A stretch of 64,000 nucleotides of DNA, taken from assembly GCF_004010195.1 (NCBI RefSeq), contig NC_057719.1:53846204-53910203 (forward strand), in the 5' to 3' direction. Position 1 is the first letter of the stretch; every line of letters starts with the position of its first letter. The notes under the pieces are model-generated. The model did no database searches, was not told the DNA's origin, and was given only the letters and a program-made list of their open reading frames with translations. A program made the position numbers and the translations under genes. The stretch is from Chiloscyllium plagiosum (lineage: Eukaryota). Positions 28,421 to 41,004 of the stretch are shown here, piece after piece.

Positions 28421-28701
28421 TAGATTAGATTACATTAGATTAGATTATATTAGATTTGATTACTTACAGTGTGGAAACAGGCCCTTCGGCCCAACAAGTC
28501 CACACCGCCCCGCCGAAGCGCAACCCACCCATACCCCTACATTTACCCCTTTACCTAAAACTACGGGCAATTTAGCATGGCCAATTCACCTGACCTGCAC
28601 ATCTTTCGACTGTGGGAGGAAACCGGAGCACCCGGAGGAAACCCACGCAGACACGGGGAGAATGTGCAAACTCCACACAGTCAGTCGCCTGAGGCGGGAA
28701 T
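28421..28701 (-). mobile_element. Young 5'-truncated HE1-type SINE inside the Gypsy element
   Basis: CpG-rich, long (agatt)n tail, truncated at the B-box. Confidence 0.9.
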
Positions 28702-30187
28702 TTCTTCTGATGTAACTGTTTTAAATTTTAATGTTTCTACTACAACTCAATGAGTTTTGCAGAGCTAAAGATATTTTGCATGATTATTTATTTGCTCCTG
28801 TTTCATCTCAACTATCTGATCGAAAACATCTCCGTTAATGCCACTTCAGCTTCCTTATCTCTCTCCTCCTTCAACTGGTGACTTTGTGACCTCATTCCCA
28901 GATTAGAATCCTGCATTGCTTCAGTTGCCTGAATCTCCACTGGCTTTTCAACTACCGTAGTCAGCACGCCTCCCAGTGAATCAGCGATATCATTTGTAAG
29001 GACAAACTGTATTCCTGGAGCTGGAAGTTTGTCCAGTATTCTCCACTCTTTTTTTTGGACAATCTAACCTCACTTTACATAAGTGGGCACTTTTGATCCC
29101 ATCATGAATTCTTGTTACCAATACGTTTTCTGGCAATAGTCCTTCAGGAATACATATCTCCTCATCCTTCAGATTGAGATGATCCTGTGTCCCTTAATAT
29201 TGTAACCTCTATACCTGCTACTCTTGGCCTATGTGAATAAACTTTACATTTGCATGTATATTTTTAAAGCAGATCTGGCACTCCCTAATCAACCTCTGAT
29301 CAATTTGTACACTCTGATGCAGCTTTCTAGCTTCCACTGTGCTTTCTGTTACCATGCCAACAAAGCATCCAGGCTTATCCTGCCTTCCCACATCTGGCTT
29401 TCCTGTGCTTTTCTTCGCCCACCAATACTGTGATTACTTGTGGATTACTTTATTATAATGAAAACACTGGAGCTTTTTAACCTTCTTTGTCCCCTTCAAG
29501 GGTTTCCTTTTTACCCTGTGGTAAGTCATCCTGAAGGTCTTCACTGAGATCTACCTTTCCCTTTCCATGTGAGGATTTCTCTTTCCCTCAATTTTTATCC
29601 CTCAGGGACTGAACTTTATGTGGGAAACCAAACCCTGTGTTTTACCGACCACCTCAGTCATCAGCCACTTCAGCTGCTAACCCTAACTCTCTGCTATTCG
29701 TCACTATGCCTACCTTCAGCCTTCATTTCCAGCCTTTTAAGCTGACTTTTCCTTTTAAGTGTCATTTTCTGCAGTTCAAACTCTCTCTCTTCTTCCTTCT
29801 CTTCTGCTAAAGCCCTTTGTTCTTCTTCTCTCTCTTCCAATTTTAATCGTAACTCAAACTGTTTCATTTCTGCTTCTAAATAAAGAGTCTTCATTTGCAA
29901 TTGAAGTTTAGCTATCTATCTCTACAGATCCAGATGGAGTTTCCAGCAAATGTAAATGCTGAGCCACTGCTGCAATCATCTCATCTTTCCTCACATCAAC
30001 TCTAGCTTGTCTACTGATTCCCACAACTTGATCTTATTTGCCTTTCGTAAAATGCCCAAGGTCACTTCTTCAACCTCCAGAACATCCTTGGTGACTGAAA
30101 GATCCATTGCTATCAGCGTGCTGTTTAAACCAACCAAATCAATACCTGAAATAAAGAAAACACTAATACCTACCACCCGCTATTTAA

Positions 30188-30205
30188 ATACTGGACAGGC
30201 CCCCA
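30188..30205 (-). other. Primer-binding site, tRNA-Pro-like
   Basis: TGGGGGCCTGTCCAGTAT lies 3 nt downstream of the 5' LTR end and matches the canonical tRNA-Pro PBS TGGGGGCTCGTCCGGGAT at 14/18. Confidence 0.7.
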
Positions 30206-30725
30206 ATCTGTTATGGACTAGGCCAGACCCCACAAAACATTTGTTAAGCAGGTAGCCCAGACCATAGCTTTGTTATTTGTTTTAGCTAAATGTATAGTGG
30301 ATATTCCCAGAGTGAATCAGCTGGTTCAACTGCCAAGTTTTAAACAAACACAATTTATTGACAAAATTACAGAATGAAACACAAGGAACAGAAAATAGAA
30401 TACCAGATAACTTATCCTATCCAAACCTGACTTAATTATGCTATTCCAAAGATACTTGCAACAGTCCCAATACACACATCCCATAGCACAAAGAGTAAAA
30501 ATGACACAGACAGCTTACAGTTTGTGAAGTCAGAGAGAGAGCACAGCGGCCTTTTTCACACTTCCTCTGCTGCAACTGAACTCACTAAAGTTCTGAACTG
30601 AATCAAAATAAATCTAATCTAAATGAAGGTTGTAAAAACAATGACTGCAGATGCTGGAAACCAGATTCTGGATCAGTGGTGCTGGAAGAGCACAGCAATT
30701 CAGGCAGCATCCGAGGACAGGCAAA

Positions 30726-30760
30726 ATCGACGTTTCGGGCAAAAGCCCTTCATCAGGAAT
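30726..30760 (-). ncRNA. Minimal type I hammerhead ribozyme motif, intact, GUC cleavage triplet
   Basis: Minus strand reads attc-CUGAUGA-A-GGGC-uuuu-GCCC-GAAAC-GUC-gau. Confidence 0.78.
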
Positions 30761-31513
30761 AAAGGCAGAGAGCCTGAAGCATGGAAACGTCGATTTTGCC
30801 TGTCCTCGGATGCTGCCTGAATTGCTGTGCTCTGCTAACTCAGAAGGACAATGGAACAGATTCAGGAAAACATAAATGGACCGATATCAAAGAACTAGTT
30901 TGAAGTAAAAAAGGCAGAGAAGGAAAGAAATAACAGCAATGACGTTACAAGTTCCTCTCTCCCTGTCTGTCTCCAGCTCAGGAACCAGTGTCCAATGAAA
31001 AAGCAACTTGGAAAAACAGCCATTCATTGAGATCTCAAGGACGTCTGCAAACTCTGTCACTGTTGAGGAAACAAGACAACAGCAAAACAATTGTGGTGTC
31101 AAGTTTCACTCTCATAATTCAAGAACTTTAAAATGCTATTTATTTTACCTTCCTGTCTGTAATAGACACCGTAACCCTTTTAAACATATTATCTGTGTTT
31201 TTGTGTGCGTATCACATAATGTTTTTACTATTTTGATTGGAGGGATTGTGAGTAATAGATTTCATTTTCCTTTCACCAAGAAACCTTGCATTTTCGGCTA
31301 GTTCATTTTAAACTGATTAGAACATAGAACAGTACAGCAGAGGAACAGGCTCTTTAGTCCACCATTGCTGTGCTGACCATGATGCCATTCTAAACTAATC
31401 CCATCTGCCGAGGTGCGTTGGAGGGCATCTTTAACCACGTGGGAAGGGAAATTGCGGTCTCTAAAGAAGGAGGCCATCTGGTGTGTTCTATGGTGGAACT
31501 GCTCCTCCTGGGA

Positions 31514-32257
31514 TCAGATACGGCGGAGGCGGAGGAATTGGGGATATGGGATGGCATTTTTGCAAGAGATAGGGTATGAAGTGGTGTAATCCAGGTAGCT
31601 GTGGGAGTTGGTGGGTTTGTAGAAGATGTCAGTGTCAAGTCGGTCATCACTGATGGAGATGGAGAGGTCCAGGAAGGGGAGGGAGGTGTCAGAGATGGTC
31701 CAGGTAAATTTAAGGTCAGGGTGGAATGTGTTGGTGAAGTTGATGAATTGCTCAACCTCCTCGCGGGAGCACGAGGTGGCGCCAATGCAGTCATCAATGT
31801 AGCGGAGGAAGAGGTGGGGAGTGGTGCCGGTGTAATTACGGAAGATCAACTGCTCTACGTAGCCAACAAAGAGACAGGCATAGCTGGGGCCCATACGTGT
31901 GCCCATGGCTACCCCTTTGGTCTGGAGGAAGTGGGAGGATTCAAAGGAGAAATTGTTAAGGGTGAGGACCAGTTCGGCCAAACGAATGAGCGTGTTGGTG
32001 GAGGGGTACTGTTGGGAACGTCTGGAGCGGAAAAAATGGAGGGCTTGGAGGCCCTGGTCATGGCGGATGGAGGTGTAGAGGGATTGGATATCCATGGTGG
32101 AGATGAGGCGTTGGGGGCCGGGGAAACGGAAGTCTTGGAGGAGGTGGAGGGCGTGGGTGGTGTCTCGAACGTATGTGGGGAGTTCCGGGACTAGGGGATA
32201 GGACAGTGTCGAGGTAGGTAGAGATGAATTCAGTGGGGCAGGAGCATGCTGAGACAA
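31514..32257 (-). pseudogene. PLE reverse transcriptase core fragment, 247 aa uninterrupted
   Basis: [56 protein letters not shown]. CpG-rich, which suggests a recent insertion. Confidence 0.93.
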
Positions 32258-35200
32258 TGGGTCGGCCAGGGTGGTCAGGCTTGTGGATCTTGGGAAGGAG
32301 GTAGAACCAGGGCTTTTGCCCGAAACGTCGATTTTGCCTGTCCTCGGATGCTGCCTGAATTGCTGTGCTCTTCCAGCACCACTGATCCAGAATCTAAATG
32401 AAGGTTAGCTACCCAGCTAGCTGGCCACTCCCCTTTGATTATACCAGTTTCTTTCAAGATATGAAAGCCTTCGGCTAGAGGCATTATTTGTTAGGGTGAA
32501 CAAAAGGCTCCTATAAAACTTTCAAACCCAGCCTAGTTGGAACCTTGGGTCATTAGAACTTCCCTGAAAAAAAATTAAGGGCATGGTAACCTTGTAAAAA
32601 GAATCATAACTGTGACAAACCCAAATGGTTGAAGGCTAGGAGGAGGTTGTTAAGATTCCCACATAGTCCAGCCACACAACTCCAGTCTATGCTGCTGTAA
32701 TGATTACTTTCCTATTGGAATGAGTGGGCCATTACCTGTGTATGTTAGCTGCGGAACGCATGCTTCAGACACGGGCAAAAGATGCCTCTTGTTTACCCTT
32801 TACCAAAACAGCTGCTGTTGTCCCCAGACAAAAGTTTGGGAATGTGGCACAAATGCCTTCGAGAACACAAATCAGCATCTAGAAAGGTTCTCCAGAGGCA
32901 GCTTCTGAACATACAGATTCCTGAGATTCCCTCAACTCCAAAACACATAATCAATAAACATGATGAACGTTTGGTGCTTTATGAAAATGTGACTTCTTGT
33001 CATGGATTATGTGGGATATTTTCTCTGCCTGCCAAAAGTATTATGTGTAATATACCAGTGTAAAAGGTTTTAAAATATATAAAGGTCAAAATGTGTTAGC
33101 AATAAAGTGATAATTAATACAACTGTGCAAGGGATGGATTCACAGATTCAAATCTTTTACTTATTCTATTCCTTTCTGCAAAGGGCTGCAGTTTCTTTTG
33201 TGATAATATTAACTTAAATTGACTACACCCAGTAAATAGCTTGTATATTTTAATGCAATGCTGACACATTGTTTTTTATGTTAGTTTTCATCTTGAACCA
33301 AGGTCATTCTTACAATGGGAGGTTCATTGGAGAGGAGTCAACTTTATACATGCATTTATGAAAATATTTAGTGTTGCTCAGGGAACCCTTTGAAGAGTAA
33401 GGACTTTCTTTTGCAGATAGTGTACTTTATCATTCCAGAATTTTATGGACTGTGTGAAATTAATCAATTCAGAGCATTACCTGACAAATTCTGCAAAGTT
33501 AAATCTGAACAATAAGTAATTTATAAATAGGTTACAGTGGATGGATATTAATCTTTAATTGTTTGTGGGTTTCAACCATAGCCTTAATTGCTGGAGCCAT
33601 TGTGTTTCGACACAGCCAAACAAATCAGCATTTCTATCTCTGTATTCGCAACATAGTAAAATTTAACATAGTCACTCTACTCATTCCTAACCAAAGATTT
33701 TAATAAACTGTTCCGGAGAGACAATTAAGTAGCACCATGAGTTAATAAACACCTGTACTTTAACCCGAAACATTTGTTTTCTGCCCCATTCAAATAAAAG
33801 ACAATAACTTCAATGCCTTTCACACTGTGTTGTTTCAAGAACATTAACATGGACTCCTTGACTTATTTTTCCTGGAACGGTCACAAGGGTCATCTTTGCA
33901 GTTCACCCAGGCAAAAGTAATAATACTCCTAGCACAGCTTTCCTGGGCTTCTGGAAATTGGTGCATCAGATTTGGCAGAGAGCTTTCAAAACTTCATGCT
34001 GTCTCTGCAGCATTCCAGAACCATCTCACAGAAAACATAATTAAAAGAAAAAAAACTTCAATTCTACTTCCACCCTCATAGGTTCATCAACTCTGTTAGG
34101 CATCAGGATGTCTCATTCAAAAACTGCCATCTGTCCGAACATACGATCTCCTTCAGACTTACTGGAACCAACTCCCAAGTACTGACCTCATTAATAGCCA
34201 ACATCTACTATCTGTTTAAACACAATGCTTTTCCTGGGAGTCACTGTGTCTGTTAGAACCTTTTAATCAAGTTTCAACTTGCAATTAACCTCCAGACCTG
34301 CCCTCACAAACAAGCAAAGCTTGCAAGGTCTGTTCTTCTTTTAAAAACTCAAGTTGTTCCAAAATCCATCAGTCGTTTCCAGCTCATAATTCAAAACTGA
34401 TGAATAAATAAAACAAAGATGACAAAATCTGCAAGGGTTCTAACAATTGGTATTGTCTTGGTTTCTACTAATACTTTCATCACTTCACCTTCAGTCCACA
34501 TTTCAATTTTATCCAATTCATCCAATTTATTTTTCTTGATCTTTTACTTTTGCTCTCAATTTCTATTTCAATATGTTCTGGATCTCGTCCGTCAGTCTTC
34601 GTTTCCACTGTCCATACTTGACTCTCCTTTTCTCTTAAACATACTTTGCAACCTTTTTTGTTCTTTTCCTAACACATTTATCTATCTTTCTGTCCAGTCA
34701 TATAATTCTGACTACCTTCTGAGGGAGAATTAAATAAATGTCAGTGAATTTAATTGTAGTTAATGTTTTTGGATTTAACAACTTGGACTCTTGTTCCTGC
34801 CTCAGTTAAAGTGTCACGGATGGTGGAATCTTCACTCCTGCTGGGTTTGTGTGGGGTATGTCAAACTGCACTCCTCTTTCACAGCAGTGATTGTCATATT
34901 GTGTGATTTGACTATCCAGCAACATAGACAGCCACTTTGACAGCACCTGCCAGGATAGGTATTTAAGCTAAGTGGGAGGTCACGGTGCTAGATGGTTACA
35001 GTGCCAGGTGGCTGCCTCATAGATAGGGTGCCAGGGAGCAATGTGGGAAGGGTGCCAGTTAAGTGACAAAGTGTTTCAGTTTTAGGGTAGATCAGGCGGG
35101 CAACAGTATTGGGTCCAACGAAGATTGGCAGTACTGTGACTCTCAAAGAAGAGGGTTGTTTGGTCCATTGATGTTGTGGCAGGAGGTGGCGTCTGTTGAC

Positions 35201-36249
35201 TCTCATGGTTAGAGGGGAGGTGTCAGTTCCAGCAGCAAGGGGTGTTGTCAGATCGTGGGAAGATATAGTTGTTATGGCAGGGTGTGTGGTAAGTTGGTGA
35301 ATTAACTTAACAGTTATCCACATGGGTGAGACTGTATTTTTAATTGTCTAATTTTTCATGAGTAACACTAACTGTAGCTAAAACTCGGAATTTTCTCGTG
35401 TAAATGGATAATTCCAGAGATTCTGGATGGAGGAAAACGGTCCAGCTAAATCTTCAATTTCCCAGAAAATCCGCTCAGAGGCTGCTGTACTGGGGATTCT
35501 GAAGGGTCCCATAGCATAACACCCTTCAAAGCAGCAGAAATGACTATATGTCCATCACACAACCCAGGTGTTATAGACTAATGTTTGATTCACAAGAAAG
35601 GCTTAGGCTTCAGGTTGGTGAGTACAACTGGTGTCAATCAAAGGAGATTTTGGTTTTGTTTTCCTGCAAGTATGATGTTGTCTTACTCCCTCCATTAAGT
35701 CTCATAGATCTGTCACTTGTTGATGTGGTTATGCATTCAACCAGAGATGGAGATTATGCTGTCAACTGTCTGAGAGTACAAGCTTACTGCAAAAATAAGT
35801 GCTTACCTCAAGCCAAAAATCCATTGCAACCTTTTTCAATTATTTTGATTGTGTAATTGGTTATCCCTGCCAGACGCTGAACAGTCAGGAAAAAGAATAC
35901 ACTTCAGGGTCACATTTGGTAACATAGCTTTAGCACTGATTTTACTTTAGGTTTATTGTTGGTAACATTTTAGGAAAATTGTATACTATTTGCAGTGAAA
36001 TTACTAATACATAAAAAAGCACACAAAGTAAACCCTCAGCAATTGCATTGTCTCGTGAATGGATTTTTAAAGAACTCTTTGTTTCTATCTTAGGCTTGCC
36101 ATTTTGCTTCATTTTTGCACTTTTTTATGTCTGCATATGTTCAGATTTTTGTGTAATGTAAGTGCAGTTAGTTGGAGGAGTAAACTCATCATTGAAATCA
36201 AAATGCAAATTATTCCAAGTTTGAACTAAAATGTATGAAACAAAACATC

Positions 36250-36730
36250 ATTTCTTTTCAAAATCATTCCAGGAATGTGGAGTTCGGGGGCTCGGCCAAT
36301 ATTTATTCCCTATCCTTAGGCGTCTTTGAGAAGCTGGTAGTGAACCGTATGTTAAAGGAGTACCTACAATGCTGTGAAGGAGGGAGTCCAAGGATCTTGA
36401 ACCAGTGACACAGAAGATACAGCAATAAACTTCCACGTGAATGGTTTGGAAGGGAATTTTCAGTTGGTGATGTTCCTGTGTAACTATTGCCATTGTTTCT
36501 CTACCCCTGAGAGTCAACAGACAACATTCCCTTCCAACACTGATGATAGTGATCGCAAGTTTGGAAGGTATTGTCTATTTTTGGAGTGCATATTGGAAAT
36601 GCTAAGTACGTCTGCCACACGTGTTGGTGTTCGAGGGACTAAATGTTTGTGAATGTGATAATAATTAAGTGGATTGCATCATCTAGAGGTTGTCAAGCTT
36701 CTTGAATGTTGTTGAAGCTAGCCTCATTCA
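36250..36730 (-). mobile_element. CR1-clade LINE (second family) 3' end
   Basis: Similar to 8295-8750. Confidence 0.65.
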
Positions 36731-36894
36731 AGGAAGTGCTCCAGAGGTGTGTAATTATTATCTCTGAACAGGTTGATTAGAAAAATAAAATTTAAAAATC
36801 TAATTGGGACCTCGTGGTACAGCATCCACTCAAAACACAGCATCAGAGGGTGGAGTGGAATTGGCATCAAGTTGGAATTTTCCCAACACTGGAC

Positions 36895-36954
36895 TTCTGC
36901 TCTTCGGATGCTGCCTGAGCTGCTGTGCTCTTCCAGCACCACTAATCCAGAATT
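36895..36954 (+). mobile_element. Short pLTR fragment (family 1)
   Basis: ctcttcggatgctgcctgagctgctgtgctcttccagcaccactaatccagaat. Confidence 0.8.
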
Positions 36955-39900
36955 CTTAATATCAAGTAAACCTGGAGGATTATATGAATTTATGAGGAAA
37001 AACATATTAGATTAAGCTTAAACTTTTTTTGATTTCCAATGTTTTCTTTTGAAAAATGATGCATTCATAGAGAACTTCATCTTCAAGGATAGAGAAAATG
37101 CAATTTAAATGATTGTTTTAGAGAGACAGTGGAAGACCCAGGATTGAGAGGGAAAGATTAAGTTTCAGTGAAGCCAGTTCACTGTCATTTACTAAAAAGG
37201 ATTTGCCCGGGGTGTTGTTACCTCAAGAAATATAAGATTTGACCAACTGCCTCTGTGGCATATGCTGCTATCAGTAACCTCTAAGTGTGTAGGTTAATTA
37301 AGAGTTTAATGTCCTCTGGTGTATGTAAGGGTAACTACCTACTAATTAGTAGAGTCTTGGTGAGTAAACAAGATATGGTTTATTGTATATCTGCAGACAT
37401 TTACAGGTTGTAAGAAAAGACTCTATGCAACTATAAAGATTGATGGGAGAACCTATCTTGAGCTCCATCTCCAGGTGAATCCAACTTTAATCTCCCAATT
37501 AGTCCTGTTGACATCACAGTGTGTGGTACTTATTTCACTCAAATTAAAGATGAACCCCTTCAGATGTTTCGACAGCAACCATTTTAACCTCCTGCCTGTC
37601 ATTATTAACATGGTGCAAGGAGACAACAGTATTGCACTAGGTGGTATCTACACATCAGGATTCCACTCATTGATGGTAGATGCAGTCAAGAATTAAAAGT
37701 GGTTCTGCAAGGTAGCATTCATATAACTATGGCAGCAAGGAGTCATACAAAAGCAAACCTCAACAGGAATCTTAAGATTTAAATCTTCCAACTAGCAGGG
37801 ATCATGGCTACTTCCCAGGAGTGGGCTTGTGGTTGTCACTGCATCCTAAGACAACTCTACAGAAATTCCTTAGGACAGTCAGTATGGCCTGATTATTTTC
37901 AGCAGTTTCAATTATGATGTTTCATTGTCAGAAGGTCTGATTGCAGGATTTTGTACAGCATTCAATTCTAGTCAGACACCTTCCAAAAATGAAAGTTATT
38001 CCAGCTTAATCAGGATCCAGACAGATTTTTAACTTATGAAAGGTAGCATTTGCAACATCAAAGTAACAACTGAGTATCTCCAGCAAGATAAAGACTAATC
38101 ACTTCAGTAACCTTGTGCACCATCACTTTCATTTAGTCTCAAGCCATCAACAACTTACTGGGTCAATGACCAGTTTAACTCCTGACACCTCCAAGCCTTT
38201 CCAGCTACTACAATGTTTGTACGATATACATTCACAACAATGATCACAAACTTAAACCTTGGACAAAGATCATCACCATCACCGATATTGCCAATGCTCT
38301 GCAGCTGCAGAGTTTACCATCCTCCAAATGAGCTCACCAACCTTCCTACAGCAACAGTTCTCAGCCCTGTGGGAGACAAGAGCTGTGATATTATGAAAAT
38401 ATCACCCTTTCCTTTGTGAGATAAAGGATTTGGATGCTTGCAATTCCCTACCTTCTGCTGGAAATGATTTGGAGCTTGTTTTTTCTCTGGCTACCTTCAC
38501 TAAAGGATGCTCTGTGTTTTGTAGCTATGTCAAGATCACCTGAAATAAAACTTCTACTTTTTCCATCAAGTTAATTTGAAGTAGTCAGTTACAAACAGAT
38601 GCAATTTGCAATCCCCAAAACCAGCTGGTATTCGACTAGTTAAATGGTTTGTTTATATTACTCTGAAAAGAATAGCAAAAGGCATCCAACAAAGCCAGAT
38701 ATGAAAATCTTAATCAACACCACAGGCATGGTGTTTGAGTGTTACAGATACAACCCAAAAGGTTACAGTTAACTTGTCAATCATAACTGAAAATCATCAG
38801 AAAATGAATGTCAGAATTCAAATTGGAAATATTTGGGTTTTAGATGCTTTAATATGAGCATATGTCCTCTTCTTGCATTTTTTTTCCCTTGCAAAAGTAT
38901 TTTGGTCTTAGCAAAATATCAAGGAGCCAGCTTGGACATTTTTAATGGCACTTTGTGGATTGGTGAATAAAGAGTTGACTCTTGAGAACATATTTAGGAC
39001 CTTATGATTCACTCTTATTAAGGAAGACCAGCTTGGAAGCAACCAAGTAAACTTGGGAAAAAAACAATTGTTTCCACAAAGGTCCAAAAGCCTACCATCT
39101 CTCGACTCAACATGTCCCCACAAACATCATCTACCCAAGAACAAATGGTAGCAATGGTGAAGAGACCAGAACCAGCCTGAAGATAAAAGCACAAACAACC
39201 AGAGCTAGTGTCGCAGGCAATATTGAATGGCTAGCTTCTGATGACTCCCTAGGTCTTACAGATCGTCTGCGATAACACATGTTTCATCAATGTGAATTTG
39301 CTGTAATGCGATTGATGAATAGGGGACACTGTTTCTAAAGCACTAAAATTAAAATGCATGTTAGCCATAGCACGATTGTACTGCCAACAATTTGAATGGG
39401 ATTTGTGTAGTGTGACCTTTGTATAGCCCATTGTGACACAGGGATGCAACTAACGTGTAATAGCAGAACTACCCGCAAAACCTCAGAGCAAAACAGACCA
39501 ATAATTAACAGATGAGCAGTGGAGGCAAGAATCCCAGAGCACGATACAGACATTCGCGTTGCCAGAGACATTTGAAAATGTGGATAGACCTTGTATGGGA
39601 GAAAAATGGATGAATCAGAGAAATTGATTCACATGCCATAGAAATAACACAGGGCTAGCAACAAAAGCCTGCAAATATCAGCTCAAAACGTAGTTACATG
39701 CATTATGGATGGTGGATGTACAAGGAAGTAGTGAATGCACAAAGTTCTTACAAGAACACAATTGGTGCTTCAGAACTTTCCTTTAGAGATAATTCTAACA
39801 GTTATATTCAATGGAATGCATCACCTCCCTTATTGACCACCTTTTCCTTTTAGCAGTCGTAAATATGGAACAGTGAAAGATGACAATCAAAAATTGCAGA

Positions 39901-40893
39901 GTGGTCAGGGTTTTCAATGAAATGCTTCCTAAAGTCTCAGGAAGATCTAATGTTAATTAAAGCTGTGCAACTGGTGAGACAGACTGAAATCTGAACAAAA
40001 TCGAGTTTTCATTACTGTAAGGAAATAAATCCAGTGGAAGAAACCATTTGACCCTATTCAAAGCAATGGATGCAAAAAAAAGCTGATTGAACCAACAGTT
40101 AAGTGCACCATGTGTGAAGAGAAAACACTGAGCATTATCTTGTTGTAGCTCTGCTGCAGCAGGAAGAGAAATGTCCTTCCAAAACCACAGACTGCCACGC
40201 CAGGGGAAAGCATTTTAAATTGGTTTTGGTCATTCAAAAGAAACATTTATCCAGGGTTTCTACTGGTGGTCTTTTCTTGGCAGAGGTTTTCTGAGTGCCA
40301 ATCAGAAGAGAGAAAATTAGTCTTGAAACTTGCAGCCTTGATGTGGGAAAGATTTTCATTCAATGAATAAATGGAGGGAAGAATAATTAGTAGCGATGGG
40401 GAGGTAACCCCCGTTAGTAGGAAGTGCAAGGGACAGGAAAGATTAGTAGTAAGAAAGGAAGAGGGGGAATGAAGCCCTTGAGTGGTATACATGGTATAGA
40501 ATTGGAATTCAGAATTGGTTTTTATGGTCATGTGTACTCAAGTACAGCAATGCGAGAGTACAGTGGAAAATATGCCACCATTCTCAGCACCATCTCGGTA
40601 CAAAATAGAAAAATAAAGGAAGTTAAAAGTTCAGAATGACATTCCTTCTTTAGCCATGGGCCTGCAGATGCTCCATGCTGGGCTTTCCCCTTGAGGGCTT
40701 GCACTCCCCACAAGAGCTCAAACTCTCCTGCTCATCTTGCCACCCACCGCCTGAGTGCCTTCCGGGATCTGCAGCCACCTTACGATCAACCACCATCGTG
40801 GTCAATCACTTCACTGCCTCAACAGTGGCACAATGTCACCGACAGCTTGAGTTCTGCTTGCCTCACCAACCACCTTGTCACTGAGTGCCAAAG

Positions 40894-41004
40894 GAGAAAA
40901 TGAAGGGCTTTCTCCCCGATTAAGGACTTATGCCCGAAACATTGATTCTACTGCACCTCGGATGCTGCCTGACCTGCTGTGCTTTTCCAATGCCACACTC
41001 TCGA
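40894..41004. mobile_element. Minimal fold-back PLE: ~13 bp of inverted tail plus one pLTR arm
   Basis: Perfect 15-bp TSD cactgagtgccaaag at 40879-40893 and 41005-41019. Confidence 0.85.

Larger units (their letters stand above)
30632..32390. mobile_element. Young composite PLE family 1 insertion inside an LTR: inverted pLTR arms, an RT fragment and ~575 bp of unrelated sequence
   Basis: Direct repeat aatctaaatgaaggtt at 30616-30631 and 32391-32406. The arms share an identical subfamily sequence. RT lies on the minus strand at 31409-32308. Confidence 0.88.
27332..32617 (-). mobile_element. Decayed Gmr1-like Ty3/Gypsy LTR retrotransposon (gag-PR-IN retained, RT/RNase H deleted)
   Basis: LTR copies begin tgttatggactaggccaga at 27332 and 30209. 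TG...CA termini. AACC on both outer flanks (27328-27331, 32618-32621). Coiled-coil gag (29694-30176), decayed CCHC knuckle (~29440-29470), integrase ORFs 27465-28278. Confidence 0.85.
30209..32617 (-). repeat. 5' LTR of the Gmr1-like element, interrupted by the PLE insertion at 30632-32390
   Basis: Sequence either side of the insertion aligns with the deleted 3' LTR at 27332-27500. Confidence 0.8.

Noticed and set aside
31601..32194. 197-aa + strand ORF
   Set aside because: Antisense shadow of the C-rich PLE RT coding strand.
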